64,000 bases of DNA from an uncultured delta proteobacterium (GCA_963823335.1 CAWGLD010000001.1:1184001-1248000), one strand, 5' to 3'. Shown: positions 50,580 through 61,276, counted from the stretch's first letter. A program made the numbers and translations. Notes: generated from the letters alone by a model not told the origin.

Positions 50580-50816
50580 TAACCTCCACCATGGGTTCGA
50601 CTCTGCCCATCCCTCCTCCAATCATAAGGATGTCACCACCATTACATTTATTGAAAAGTATTCTTCTTGGGTTTGATTTATTTTGATTTAAAAGATAAGG
50701 TTTCATTTTGATTGTACAGCCATATAATTAAATTTGACACTCGTATTATTGTTTGGCAATTATAAAGAAGGTGCTGGCGTTAACGATTGAAGTTTTTCAT
50801 CAAGGGGAGGTATCAA

Positions 50817-51248
50817 ATGGCAGGTGTTAACAAGGTATTGCTTATCGGTCGACTGGGACGGGACCCGGAGGTTCGTTATACACCCGATGGGACCGCCATC
50901 GCAAATTTCAGTATCGCGACATCCGAGGAGTGGAAAGACAAGAAAACAGGCGAAAAGCAAGAACGCACGGAGTGGCACCGAATTGTGGCCTTTCGCCGGC
51001 TCGGAGAAATATGCGGTGAATATCTTTCCAAGGGAAGACAGGTGTATATTGAAGGGCGCCTTCAGACCCGCGATTGGCAGGATAAAGACGGCAACAAGCG
51101 TTATACCACTGAAATTGTCGCTTCACAGATGCAGATGCTCGGTTCCAGGGATATGGGTGACACTTCAGGAGGATCCGGGTTCGGTAAGAACGAGATACCT
51201 CCCGGACCGGAATTTTCGGGTTCCCAGGATGACGATATTCCATTTTGA
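50817..51248 (+). CDS. ssb: single-stranded DNA-binding protein
   Basis: [21 protein letters not shown]-terminal DDDIPF. Confidence 0.97.
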   Translation: MAGVNKVLLIGRLGRDPEVRYTPDGTAIANFSIATSEEWKDKKTGEKQERTEWHRIVAFRRLGEICGEYLSKGRQVYIEGRLQTRDWQDKDGNKRYTTEIVASQMQMLGSRDMGDTSGGSGFGKNEIPPGPEFSGSQDDDIPF

Positions 51249-51344
51249 GCCTGAACCGTAACAGTGAACAAACATGAATTAGAAAGAATTTCTTACCACT
51301 GGGCATACTTAAAACCATTGAACCTTTTAAAACGGAGACCGAAC

Positions 51345-51761
51345 ATGAAACGTATTCGAAAAAGGTTGAGATCTGTCAGTGTTTTCCTGGTGATATTGAT
51401 GCTGATGTTGTCGCTGCCGTATCAGTCCGCCCTGGCAGCCTTGATTGGTACGGAAGACCTGATGGGATCTCAGAAGGCGGTGGAAGCACGGGCATATATT
51501 TCAAGTGTGCTGGCACGTGAAGATATTCAGGGCGCACTCATCGCCCGCGGTATCGACCCCATTGAAGCACAGGCAAGGGTCAGTACCCTGACGGACCAGG
51601 AAGCCATCCAGTTCGCAGAGACCATGGAACAACTGCCCGCGGGTGGTCTCATCGCTTATCTTGTGGGTCTTGCGGTACTGGTTTTTCTGGTGCTGCTGGT
51701 AACGGACATTCTCGGATACACAGATATATTTCCCTTTGTCAAAAAGACAGTCAAAAATTAG
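51345..51761 (+). CDS. PA2779-like exported protein
   Basis: Signal peptide, RVSTLTDQE, LPAGG, LLVTDILGYTDIFPF. Confidence 0.8.
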   Translation: MKRIRKRLRSVSVFLVILMLMLSLPYQSALAALIGTEDLMGSQKAVEARAYISSVLAREDIQGALIARGIDPIEAQARVSTLTDQEAIQFAETMEQLPAGGLIAYLVGLAVLVFLVLLVTDILGYTDIFPFVKKTVKN

Positions 51762-51904
51762 AAGCCATCTCAAAAAAAGGGTTTTGGGTCAAGTTCAAGG
51801 CGGGTCCGAACTTCAACCCGCAAGCATACTGAAGTATTCTGAGGAGTTGAAGCAAGGGACCAACACAGAAATTGGGCCAAAAAACTTTTTTGAGATAGCT
51901 TCTA
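51759..51904. mobile_element. MITE-like element, family B
   Basis: TIR TAGAAGCCATCTCAAAAAA/TTTTTTGAGATAGCTTCTA and the shared core. Confidence 0.8.
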
Positions 51905-51909
51905 GTACT

Positions 51910-52854
51910 ATGCCGGTATCAGGCACAGGGTTTTTTGTGTGCCTGATTTTGGCAACTGCTATTTGGGGTTGCGCAGGCACCCTGCCACGGCAATGGTCTT
52001 TACCATTCAATGGCATACCTGAGCGGCATCGGATCTCTTCGGTTCCCTTTTTCCCCCAGACAGAATATCAGTGCGGCCCGGCGTCTCTGGCCATGACACT
52101 TGTCTGGAGCGGTGTTTCCACAGATCCGGAACAGCTTGCCGGGTCGGTGTACACGCCCTCTCTGAAAGGAAGTCTGCAGCCGGCCATGATCGGCGCTGCC
52201 CGGCGCCATGGAAGGGTGGCCTATGTGATTTCAAGCCCGGAGGAACTTCTCACAGAGGTAGCCGCCGGCTACCCGGTAATCGTTCTTCAGAACCTGGGGC
52301 TGTCATGGGTTCCTGTTTGGCACTATGCCGTGGTGATCGGGTATGATGCTGATTCAGGTGTGGTTACCTTGCATTCCGGTGAAACGAACAGCAAAGAAAT
52401 AAGCCTGCGCGTTTTCGACAACACCTGGTCCCGGAGCAGCTACTGGGGCTTATTAACCCTCCCACCGGACCGGTTACCTGCCACTGCCAGTGAAACAGGC
52501 TACACGGAAGCGGTATTGGGTCTCGAAAAAGCGAGAAGATGGCCGGAAGCTATTAAGGGATATCGTACGGCCTTGAAAAAATGGTCCAGCAATCTTAATG
52601 CCCGTATGGGTATCGGAAACAGCTACTATGCCATGGGAGACCTGCCGTCCGCGGAACAATCATTTTCTGAGGCAACGCTTCAATTCCCCACAGAGGGTGC
52701 CGCATTCAACAATCTTGCCCAGGTGTTATTTGAACAGGGAAAAAAGAAGGCGGCGCTGACCGCCGCTGAAAAAGCCGTAAGCATGGGCGGTCCCCTGTCC
52801 GGTGTCTTCCAGGAAACACTGCAAGAAATTAGATCGAGCCTGAACCGACCCTGA
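51910..52854 (+). CDS. PA2778-like C39-type cysteine peptidase lipoprotein with TPRs
   Basis: WGC lipobox-like, VPFFPQ..QCGPASLA, WHYAVVIGYD, TPR C-terminus. Confidence 0.85.
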   Translation: MPVSGTGFFVCLILATAIWGCAGTLPRQWSLPFNGIPERHRISSVPFFPQTEYQCGPASLAMTLVWSGVSTDPEQLAGSVYTPSLKGSLQPAMIGAARRHGRVAYVISSPEELLTEVAAGYPVIVLQNLGLSWVPVWHYAVVIGYDADSGVVTLHSGETNSKEISLRVFDNTWSRSSYWGLLTLPPDRLPATASETGYTEAVLGLEKARRWPEAIKGYRTALKKWSSNLNARMGIGNSYYAMGDLPSAEQSFSEATLQFPTEGAAFNNLAQVLFEQGKKKAALTAAEKAVSMGGPLSGVFQETLQEIRSSLNRP

Positions 52855-52960
52855 CAGGCTGACCATACTCAATACTCCGCGTACTATAGACGTCGTCATA
52901 AGTCGATCTCTTGCAGGCTTATGTAATGAGCCAAAGCACAGATGAGGTAAGCGATTGTTC

Positions 52961-55867
52961 ATGAAAAAACCGATGACAGCCAATAAAACAACGTCCACTC
53001 GTAAAACCAAAAGCGCGCAAGAGCTGGATGCCATCATTGTCAAGGGTGCTAGAGAACATAATCTCAAGGACCTCCATATCTCTCTGCCCAAGAAAAAGCT
53101 GATCGTGTTTACGGGGGTGTCGGGGTCAGGAAAATCGAGCCTGGCCCTGGACACCATTTTTGCAGAAGGGCAACGACGGTATGTCGAATCCCTGTCCGCC
53201 TATGCCCGCCAATTTATCGGCCAGATGGAAAAACCCAGGTACGATACCATCAGGGGGCTTTCCCCCACCATTGCCATTGAACAGAAATCCGTCAGTAAAA
53301 ATCCAAGATCGACGGTGGGTACGATCACAGAAATCTATGATTATTTGCGCGTCCTGTTTGCGAGGGTTGGGGAGCAGTATTGCTATAAATGCGGCCGGCG
53401 TGTTGGAAGGGGAGATGCCGAGAGCATGGTCTCCCAGGCTTTAAACCTACCGGAAGGCACCAGGATTCTCATCATGGCTCCTGTTATTGAAAACAGAAAG
53501 GGTGAATACCGGGAGCTGTTAAGAAAGATAGAAGGAGACGGGTTTGCAAGGGTGCGTGTGGATGGGATTGTAAGTGACATTCAGGTGGTGCAGAGCCTTG
53601 CCAGGCACAAGAAACACACCATCGAGGTGGTGGTGGACCGGCTGGTGGTCAAGGCGGGCAGTTCTTTTCGCAAACGGTTGACCGACTCGGTGGAGACAGC
53701 CCTCAAGCTCGGTCAGGGCAGGATCATTCTGCGCGTGATGGGAAAAGAAGATATACGCATGAGTGAAGCCAGGTCCTGTTGCGGCATCGCCTACCCTGAA
53801 CTGGACCCACCTCTGTTTTCCTTTAACTCGCCCATGGGGATGTGCCCGGACTGCAATGGCATCGGATCCATGCTCTCCATGGATGTCGAAAAAATCGTTC
53901 CCGACAAGACCAAAACCATCCGGGAAGGCGCGGTCATTCCCTGGCAGAACTATTTTTCCAAACCAGAGACGGAAAATGGATCCTGGGGATTCATGCGACT
54001 CAAGGCCATGGCCTCCCAATGGGGCCTCGATCTGGATGTTCCCTGGACCCGGTTGCCCAAAGAACACAAGGAGCTGATATTGAAGGGCTCCAATGGAATG
54101 GAGATGGTGGTCAACTGGCATTCCGAAAAAATTCAGGGGGAATTCACCACCACCCATGAAGGACTCCTCAACAGTCTCATGCGGCGATATAAGCAGACCC
54201 ACTCTGAAAGCATGAAAAAGTGGTATGCCCGGTTCATGTCTTCCAAGGACTGTCCCACCTGCAAGGGAAGGCGTCTCAAGCCGGAAGTCTTGAGCGTGAA
54301 AGTCAACGGGCGCTCTATTATCGATATCACGGAGATGACGATCCAGGAGGCTGCCCGTTTTCTGGATGTCCTTTCACTGTCAGGGAACCGTAAGATGATT
54401 GCCGATGAGCTGTTGAAGGAGATTGGCAGTCGTTTGGGCTTCCTGATAAATGTCGGTCTGGGGTATCTGTCTCTGAACCGCAAGGGCCCGACATTGTCCG
54501 GAGGAGAATCACAGCGCATTCGCCTGGCATCCCAGATAGGTTCTGAGCTCACAGGTGTTCTGTATATTCTGGATGAACCCTCCATCGGTCTTCACCAGAA
54601 AGATAATATCAAACTGCTCAACACACTGGGTCATCTACGGGATATCGGTAACACCCTGATTGTGGTGGAACATGACAAGGAAACCATAGAATCGGCAGAC
54701 TGGCTGGTGGATTTCGGGCCCGGCGCCGGGCATCTTGGTGGTGAAATCGTGGCACAGGGAACCCCGGTCCGGGTGATGAAAAACCCCAAATCCATTACGG
54801 GTAAATATCTTGCCGGCAAGGAAAGAATTGAGATACCGGAAATCAGAAAATCCGTAAGGAATACCGGCAATAAATGGGTGACGATCCGAAAAGCCTCGGA
54901 AAACAATCTCAAAAACATGCATGTGCGCATACCCCTTGGTTTGCTCGTGGCAGTCACGGGTGTGTCCGGTGCGGGTAAATCAACGCTGGTCAATCAGATC
55001 CTCTATCCGGCCCTGGCGCGTAAGCTTCACGATGCTCCCCTGGGGGTGGGCAAACATGGCAGCATCCAGGGCTTGCCACACCTCAACAAGGTGATCAACA
55101 TCGATCAGAAGGCCATCGGTAGAACCCCACGGAGCAATCCGGCTACCTACACAAAGGTGTTTGATCATATACGGGATTTTTATGCTCTTCTGCCGGAGTC
55201 GAAATTGCGCGGCTACCCAAAAGGGCGCTTTTCCTTCAATGTGAAAGGGGGCAGGTGCGAGACATGTCAGGGAGATGGTCATATCAAGGTGGAGATGCAT
55301 TTTCTGGCGGATGTGTACGTGCCCTGTGAGAACTGCAAGGGAAAAAGATTTAACACATCCACCCTGGAAATCAAATACAAGGGCCATTCCATTTCAGACA
55401 TTCTGAATCTTTCGGTTCATCAGGCCCGGGATCTGTTCGGCAACCACCCAAAAATCAAATCGATTCTCGACACACTGATGGACGTAGGGCTGTCCTATAT
55501 CAAACTTGGTCAACCCGCCACAACCCTTTCGGGGGGTGAAGCCCAGCGGATCAAACTGGCCAGAGAACTTGCAAAACGGGCCACCGGCCAAACCCTTTAC
55601 ATTCTCGATGAACCCACCACGGGACTCCACTTTCATGACATCAAGATGCTGCTATCCGTATTGCAGCGCCTTCGGGATGCCGGCAATACCATTGTGATTA
55701 TCGAACACAACCTGGATGTCATCAAGACCTGTGACTGGATTATCGATCTTGGACCGGATGGGGGGCATGAAGGCGGGACCATCGTCGCCCAGGGCACTCC
55801 TGAAAAAGTTTCTACGGTAAAGAAAAGCTACACAGGACAATTTTTAAAAGAAATCCTGAAAAAGTGA
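52961..55867 (+). CDS. uvrA: excinuclease ABC subunit A
   Basis: GAREHNLK, GVSGSGKSSLA, LSGGESQRIRLA, second Walker A, LSGGEAQRIKLA. Confidence 0.97.
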   Translation: MKKPMTANKTTSTRKTKSAQELDAIIVKGAREHNLKDLHISLPKKKLIVFTGVSGSGKSSLALDTIFAEGQRRYVESLSAYARQFIGQMEKPRYDTIRGLSPTIAIEQKSVSKNPRSTVGTITEIYDYLRVLFARVGEQYCYKCGRRVGRGDAESMVSQALNLPEGTRILIMAPVIENRKGEYRELLRKIEGDGFARVRVDGIVSDIQVVQSLARHKKHTIEVVVDRLVVKAGSSFRKRLTDSVETALKLGQGRIILRVMGKEDIRMSEARSCCGIAYPELDPPLFSFNSPMGMCPDCNGIGSMLSMDVEKIVPDKTKTIREGAVIPWQNYFSKPETENGSWGFMRLKAMASQWGLDLDVPWTRLPKEHKELILKGSNGMEMVVNWHSEKIQGEFTTTHEGLLNSLMRRYKQTHSESMKKWYARFMSSKDCPTCKGRRLKPEVLSVKVNGRSIIDITEMTIQEAARFLDVLSLSGNRKMIADELLKEIGSRLGFLINVGLGYLSLNRKGPTLSGGESQRIRLASQIGSELTGVLYILDEPSIGLHQKDNIKLLNTLGHLRDIGNTLIVVEHDKETIESADWLVDFGPGAGHLGGEIVAQGTPVRVMKNPKSITGKYLAGKERIEIPEIRKSVRNTGNKWVTIRKASENNLKNMHVRIPLGLLVAVTGVSGAGKSTLVNQILYPALARKLHDAPLGVGKHGSIQGLPHLNKVINIDQKAIGRTPRSNPATYTKVFDHIRDFYALLPESKLRGYPKGRFSFNVKGGRCETCQGDGHIKVEMHFLADVYVPCENCKGKRFNTSTLEIKYKGHSISDILNLSVHQARDLFGNHPKIKSILDTLMDVGLSYIKLGQPATTLSGGEAQRIKLARELAKRATGQTLYILDEPTTGLHFHDIKMLLSVLQRLRDAGNTIVIIEHNLDVIKTCDWIIDLGPDGGHEGGTIVAQGTPEKVSTVKKSYTGQFLKEILKK

Positions 55868-55884
55868 CCCTATCAACACACGGG

Positions 55885-55950
55885 ATTGAAGAGCCTCACA
55901 GCATGCGAAGCACTGCCGAACGGCAAAACCTACGGGGGGGGGGGAGCGCG
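55885..55950 (+). repeat. repeat family A, 3'-degenerate with G11 run
   Basis: ATTGAAGAGCCTCACAGCATGCGAAGCACTGCCGAACGGCAAAACCTACGGGG nearly matches the reverse complement of the 21017 copy. Confidence 0.8.
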
Positions 55951-56013
55951 CATTTTTTTTGTGCATGGATAGTGTGGCATTAGACGTCACGGACAGCTCT
56001 GGAGTTTAAAAAA

Positions 56014-57129
56014 ATGGAATCTCATTCAGAACTGAAAACCGGGGGAGCGGCGGAAACCATTCGCATGTTGATGGAAGATATTTACGCCCTTGGGAAACTT
56101 ACACGCACCAAGGCCATTTTAGGTGGCTATTGCAATAAAAGTTATGCCGTATGGATGTCGGACAACAAGCGTGTCCAACGGTATTTTCTGCGGCTGTATA
56201 ACCCCAACGCAGTTGAAAAGGAAATCCGGTTTGAACACGCTCTGGTGAATCATTTGAGAACAAATGGGTTTAGCCTTGCAGCGGCTGTTATACCGTGTAA
56301 AAACGGTGAAACGCTGGTGGTCACCCCTTCACCGGAAGATCATCCGGGGAGTCAAGCGCTTTGGGCGGTGTTTGAGTTCCTTGAAGGAGAAGACAAGTAT
56401 TCCTGGACCGACACGGATCTGACGGACAATGAATTCATCAGTGCGGCTGGAATTCTTGCCCGTCTTCATCACTGCTCCCATGGGTTCAAAAAACCACCCG
56501 GTGTCGATCGTGCCCAACCCCGGATCATGGACTTTATTTCCACATTCAAGAACACCTTTAGCACATTTCTGGAACGGACTGTTGATCGTCGGTGTGACCG
56601 GTTGTTCAGGGATAATTATACGGCAATCTGTAACGCCCTGGATGATGCGCTAACATTTGATGCCGGGTTTCAGGGAATGATGGAATTGCCGATTCATGGT
56701 GATTATCACCCCGGAAATCTGAAATATCGGGATGAAACAGGTGTCGGCATTTTCGACTTTGACTGGTCAAAAATCGATTTCCGATTGTTTGATCTTGCCC
56801 TGGGTCTGGTTTATTTCACCAGTATCTGGGATGACCATACCACAGGCCTGCGACCTGATAAATTTTCTCTTTTCCTGAGCACCTACAATGACAGCTGCCA
56901 TCAGTCGGATCGTATCGAGAACTTGACGGAGCAGGAACAGAACGCTCTGATTCCCATGTTGGCCATTGCCAACCTTTATGTGCTCAATTGGGACCTGGTT
57001 GATTTTTTTAACACGACCGAAGCGGATGATGACGCGTATTATGGGTTCATCCACCACAATATCGGTTTGATGCACTGGCTAATCCTTCACAGAGAGATGC
57101 TGGAACGCTTGATACGCCAGGCGGTGTAA
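56014..57129 (+). CDS. APH / type II homoserine kinase-family phosphotransferase
   Basis: GGYCNKSY, LRLY, LARLH, IHGDYHPGN, IFDFD. Confidence 0.85.
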   Translation: MESHSELKTGGAAETIRMLMEDIYALGKLTRTKAILGGYCNKSYAVWMSDNKRVQRYFLRLYNPNAVEKEIRFEHALVNHLRTNGFSLAAAVIPCKNGETLVVTPSPEDHPGSQALWAVFEFLEGEDKYSWTDTDLTDNEFISAAGILARLHHCSHGFKKPPGVDRAQPRIMDFISTFKNTFSTFLERTVDRRCDRLFRDNYTAICNALDDALTFDAGFQGMMELPIHGDYHPGNLKYRDETGVGIFDFDWSKIDFRLFDLALGLVYFTSIWDDHTTGLRPDKFSLFLSTYNDSCHQSDRIENLTEQEQNALIPMLAIANLYVLNWDLVDFFNTTEADDDAYYGFIHHNIGLMHWLILHREMLERLIRQAV

Positions 57130-57196
57130 GCCGGAAAAGACGCATTTATCCCTGAACTGTCGGCACATCTCTTCAGGAAAAACCGCTCAGCGCGGA

Positions 57197-58579
57197 TTAA
57201 AGAATTAATTCTCTAATAAATTCTATAAGTTGATTCAGATTTCCGCAGGGCCTGACCTCATGGCAGATCTCCTGGTAGGTCTTCATCTCACTGTCACCTG
57301 AGTACCAGAACACCTCTGTTTCGGGATTGAGCCAGAGCACGCGCCGGCATTTTTCCCGCATCTCGTCGAGGATGCCTGCTTCGGGATTGGTGTAGTTGGA
57401 TCGGCCGTCGCCGATGATTATGAGGGTTGTCTTTTTGTTCAGGATATCCATGTAGTCGGCCTTGAATTCCCGAAATGTCTGACCGTAATCGGTGGAGATG
57501 TCATAGGCAATGTCTGCGTCGCTCATGACCCGGTCAATGGCCTGTTCCACATCGTGGTCTTCAAAAAAATGACTGACCTCGTCAAGCCCGGAGACAAAAA
57601 CAAAAGAGCGCACCTTGGTAAAACATTCCTGAAGTGAATAGAGCATATTGAGCATGAATTTTGCCGACGACCAGACCGAACCTGATACATCACAAAGGAC
57701 CACTATTTTGCCGCGCCGGGGCGGTTTTTTGCGGTAGACGATCTCCAGGGGCAGCCCCTGGTACTGGGCTGCCTTTCTGAGGGTTTTTTTTACATCCAGA
57801 ACACCTCTTGCGTGGGTGGCATATCGGAGCGTAATGGTGTCTTTCAGCTTGCGTACCAGAGCCCTTATGGCATCCCGCATTTCTTCTATTTCTTTTCTGG
57901 TCAATGATGTGAAGGCGGTTTCTCCGAGTTTCCCCAGGTGCCGGTCATAGGACTTCCGTATTCTGGGTCGTCTCTTGACCGCGTTAGGGCTGGCGGTCAA
58001 AAGACGAAGGGCGCTGTTCAGTCGCTGTTGATAATGCGTCTCGATGTCCTGGCGGGTTTCCCAATGGATTCTGGTGCGGTTTTTAGCTAGAAACTGAGAG
58101 ACGGACGCGCTTGCCCGGTTGATGGAGAGCATGATATCGAGACGTCTGACCATGCCCCCAAATCCGGTCCCCACTCCCCTGATGGCGCCGGTGCCTTCCG
58201 ATTCGAGTTGCCGCAATCGTTCAAGATAACTTACGAGGTCGCCATCTAAAAAGTCGATGATGGACATCATGGTATCGTCATTCTTGAGATGGATCTCAAG
58301 TTGTTTCCGGATCTCTTTTTTAATATGGGAAATCTTTTCGGAGCCGCTGAGATTCTCACCATCCCGCAACTCATGGAAGAAGAGGTCGTAGAGGTGGTTG
58401 AAAAGATGCTGATCCCGGTGGCTCTTGGCAAAATTGGCCCGCAGGGTCCGTGAAAACTGGGATTCCTCTAGTGGATCGATATGCTGAAGCTGATTGAGGC
58501 AGTCGAGTGTTTCGGATGTTGATATTCGCAGACCCGCTGCCCTTGCGGTAGCAATAAACTTTAGGATAAGGTTTTGCAT
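57197..58579 (-). CDS. CoxE-like VWA domain protein
   Basis: LRISTSE, DVKKTLR, LCDVSGS, TDYG, IIGDGRSN, WLNPE. Confidence 0.88.
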   Translation of the reverse strand: MQNLILKFIATARAAGLRISTSETLDCLNQLQHIDPLEESQFSRTLRANFAKSHRDQHLFNHLYDLFFHELRDGENLSGSEKISHIKKEIRKQLEIHLKNDDTMMSIIDFLDGDLVSYLERLRQLESEGTGAIRGVGTGFGGMVRRLDIMLSINRASASVSQFLAKNRTRIHWETRQDIETHYQQRLNSALRLLTASPNAVKRRPRIRKSYDRHLGKLGETAFTSLTRKEIEEMRDAIRALVRKLKDTITLRYATHARGVLDVKKTLRKAAQYQGLPLEIVYRKKPPRRGKIVVLCDVSGSVWSSAKFMLNMLYSLQECFTKVRSFVFVSGLDEVSHFFEDHDVEQAIDRVMSDADIAYDISTDYGQTFREFKADYMDILNKKTTLIIIGDGRSNYTNPEAGILDEMREKCRRVLWLNPETEVFWYSGDSEMKTYQEICHEVRPCGNLNQLIEFIRELIL

Positions 58580-58603
58580 ATGGATCATCTCCAAGAGAGC
58601 TGA

Positions 58604-59515
58604 TCAAATTTTTCGAACAGTCCGCAAGAGATGCTCTTTAACCATATCGGCATCCGAGCGATGTTTGACGATCACATTCAAGGTGTTCAGAATCACATCC
58701 CTGGACAGGTCTTCCACCTGAAGCGCCATGAGCGCGTTGGCCCAGTCGAGGGTTTCGGAAATAGCGGGCTTTTTTTTCAGATCCATGGTCCTGATGGTCT
58801 GGATCGATTCCACCAGCTGGTCGCACAGTTTCTGCTGGATAGCCGGGATTTTCAGACGTACGATCCTGGTTTCGAGATCCTTGCCCGGATAATCGATGTA
58901 CAGATGAAGGCATCGTCTCTTGAGGGCATCGCTCATATCCCTGTAGTTGTTGGATGTTAAGATGACAAACGGGATATGTGCTGCCTTGCGTGTGCCGATC
59001 TCAGGAATGGAGATCTGAAAATCGCTCAGAATCTCCAGCAGAAAGGCCTCGAATTCAGGGTCGGATTTGTCCACCTCGTCCACCAGGAGTACCACGGGTT
59101 TTTCTGAAGAAATGGCTTTCATCAACGGGCGTGGCTGAATAAATCTTTCTGAAAAGAAGGCATCTTCCTGGGCTGCGATTCTATCTGCCGCTTCCGTCAG
59201 GGATGCCGCGCCATCGATAACCAGGTTGATTTTTTCTTTCATCATTTGTGTATAAAGTAACTGCTTGGCATATTCCCATTCATAAAGTGCCTTGGCCTCA
59301 TCCAGACCTTCGTAACACTGCAGCCGTATGATATCCCGCCCGAGGCACCTGGAGACGGCTTTGGCCAGTTCGGTCTTTCCGACACCGGCAGGTCCTTCAA
59401 CGAGGATCGGTTTGTTTGTAGCCGCCGACAGAAAGACGACCGTCGCAATTTCGCTGGAACAGATATAGGCTGCATCTTTTAACCGGCTTTCTGTTTCCTG
59501 TATGGATGTAAACAC
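58604..59515 (-). CDS. MoxR/CoxD-family AAA+ ATPase
   Basis: EGPAGVGKT, RLQCYEG, LLVDEVDK, DALKRRC. Confidence 0.92.
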   Translation of the reverse strand: MFTSIQETESRLKDAAYICSSEIATVVFLSAATNKPILVEGPAGVGKTELAKAVSRCLGRDIIRLQCYEGLDEAKALYEWEYAKQLLYTQMMKEKINLVIDGAASLTEAADRIAAQEDAFFSERFIQPRPLMKAISSEKPVVLLVDEVDKSDPEFEAFLLEILSDFQISIPEIGTRKAAHIPFVILTSNNYRDMSDALKRRCLHLYIDYPGKDLETRIVRLKIPAIQQKLCDQLVESIQTIRTMDLKKKPAISETLDWANALMALQVEDLSRDVILNTLNVIVKHRSDADMVKEHLLRTVRKI

Positions 59516-59530
59516 GATGGGTTCCTTTCT

Positions 59531-60529
59531 CTATATTTCCTTGATGAACATTGCTACCCCGGGAGATTGTTCCTGACGGGTCTGGTACAGGGTTGTTTTT
59601 CGCCTTTCAAAGCCGAGACCGCGATAGAGCTTCTGGAGTAGAGGATTATTTGTGAAAGAGATAAACCGTCGATAACCTTTTCGGGTCATCCGGTCTACGA
59701 AGGCATTGATGGTAAAATTGCCCACGCGCTGATTTCGGAATCTGGCAGATATGGCAAGAGCCCCGAGTTCAACCGTTTCAGCGTCGATATCGAGTTGTTC
59801 TACACAGCCTACGATAATACCGTCGATTTTCGACACATAAAAACGGGAGGCCCGGTTAAGAATATACTGCAGGTTGCGTGGCTTGAGAAACTGTTCGCGC
59901 TTGTACATACTGAGGATACCGGCTACAATTTGAGCTTCGTACTTACCGGATATCTTTTCCAACGATTCTTCATAGTTATTCGCTATCAGGGTGCCGGACC
60001 CTTCGATGGAAAAAAGCTCGTGTTTGATGGTATACCGACCGGCCGGAAGAATATGCACCCGGTCGATGTTTCCATGATCAATTTTCTGACAGATCATTTC
60101 CAGAATGGATTTAAAATTGACATTTCCGATAAGGTCGCCATATCTGTCAATGGACTGCCGGACTCTTTGGGTTGTGATGGCATTTATTTTCAGGCCCTTC
60201 TGGTCAACAAGATATTTTCTTTCCAGAAATATGATTTTGAAGACAGGGCCCCGGTATTCAAGAACATGATTATAAAAATTGACTTCGGGAAGCACTTTGA
60301 CCACGCGTGTTTCAGGCAGTCGACTGGCAATTTCGCGAAAGTGTTTCTGATTGGAGAATCGATTCGAAATATTGTGGAACAGGGTCGTAACAACACCTTG
60401 GCGCGTCAGGAATTTTATATCCGCAATGATATCGGAGAAATGGTCTCTTAATATACCTTCCCTGCAGGCAATGAAGACATGTTTTCCTGACAATGATTTG
60501 GTATATTCTTTTACATAGAGTTTTGGCAT
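59531..60529 (-). CDS. ArgA-like GNAT N-acetyltransferase with shortened N-terminal domain
   Basis: IIADIKFL, RVHIL..ELFSIEGSGT, ELGALAI..RNQRVG. Confidence 0.7.
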   Translation of the reverse strand: MPKLYVKEYTKSLSGKHVFIACREGILRDHFSDIIADIKFLTRQGVVTTLFHNISNRFSNQKHFREIASRLPETRVVKVLPEVNFYNHVLEYRGPVFKIIFLERKYLVDQKGLKINAITTQRVRQSIDRYGDLIGNVNFKSILEMICQKIDHGNIDRVHILPAGRYTIKHELFSIEGSGTLIANNYEESLEKISGKYEAQIVAGILSMYKREQFLKPRNLQYILNRASRFYVSKIDGIIVGCVEQLDIDAETVELGALAISARFRNQRVGNFTINAFVDRMTRKGYRRFISFTNNPLLQKLYRGLGFERRKTTLYQTRQEQSPGVAMFIKEI

Positions 60530-60665
60530 CGGTTTCGTGGAATGAAAGGGCAGGCAAGATACGAGGCGACGTCATGCATCTATCGTCCACCTGTTTGTCA
60601 CCGGCGATTGCAGGGATGAAAGATCCGAATGGTTTCGTTGTCAGTGGCGGTACAGGGTGATTCAA

Positions 60666-60848
60666 TCAGGATTCTTTATTTTCCTCGATTTTATCATTCT
60701 CTTCTTTGTCGGTTTTGGAGGTCGCGTTTCTGAAATTTCGAATGGCTTTCCCCATTCCACCGCCGATTTCAGGCAGTTTTCCGGCCCCAAAGATGATCAG
60801 AATAATAACGAGTATGATGATGAGTTCCGGCATTCCTATTCCAAACAT
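60666..60848 (-). CDS. tatA: twin-arginine translocase TatA/E
   Basis: [27 protein letters not shown]. Confidence 0.95.
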   Translation of the reverse strand: MFGIGMPELIIILVIILIIFGAGKLPEIGGGMGKAIRNFRNATSKTDKEENDKIEENKES

Positions 60849-60865
60849 TTACGCCTCCTGTTACG

Positions 60866-61276
60866 TTAAATCGACCCGCCCTGCTTCAATTCCTGCAAAA
60901 GCCGAGTAAATTCTTTTGATTTTAAGTAGGTATCGATTGCGTGTTGATAATGGATCCATTTTTGCCAGATGTCAAGCCAGGCGTCGTTGTGCCAGTAATA
61001 CGCTGGATTGCCCTTACCCTGCAATCGCGCTATGTAGTCTATGTACTCTTCGGAACAGCTTTCACAGAAATTATATGGGATCTTTCTGTTCTGTTGTGTT
61101 GTCTGCCCGTTAAGCGGGTCGACACCCAGTTGTGAACCGCATTTTTCACACTTGGAAGCGCAATGTGTACAGTGAAAGACCTTCCTGACCGCCATGATTT
61201 TGTGCATTCGAATCAGGTCGGAGCGCTCTTTGTCTTTTATTTTTCTTTTTTTGTCAATGGCAATGACGTCTGCCAT
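60866..61276 (-). CDS. Cys-rich hypothetical protein
   Basis: CTHCASKCEKC...CESC; AAGGGG RBS-like upstream. Confidence 0.75.
   Translation of the reverse strand: MADVIAIDKKRKIKDKERSDLIRMHKIMAVRKVFHCTHCASKCEKCGSQLGVDPLNGQTTQQNRKIPYNFCESCSEEYIDYIARLQGKGNPAYYWHNDAWLDIWQKWIHYQHAIDTYLKSKEFTRLLQELKQGGSI

Noticed and set aside
51736-51909. N-terminal extension of the peptidase ORF
   Set aside because: It is translated MITE sequence; the lipoprotein signal starts at 51910
55934-55944. G11 tract as a phase-variation switch
   Set aside because: It lies in a degenerate intergenic repeat and may be slippage or a sequencing artefact
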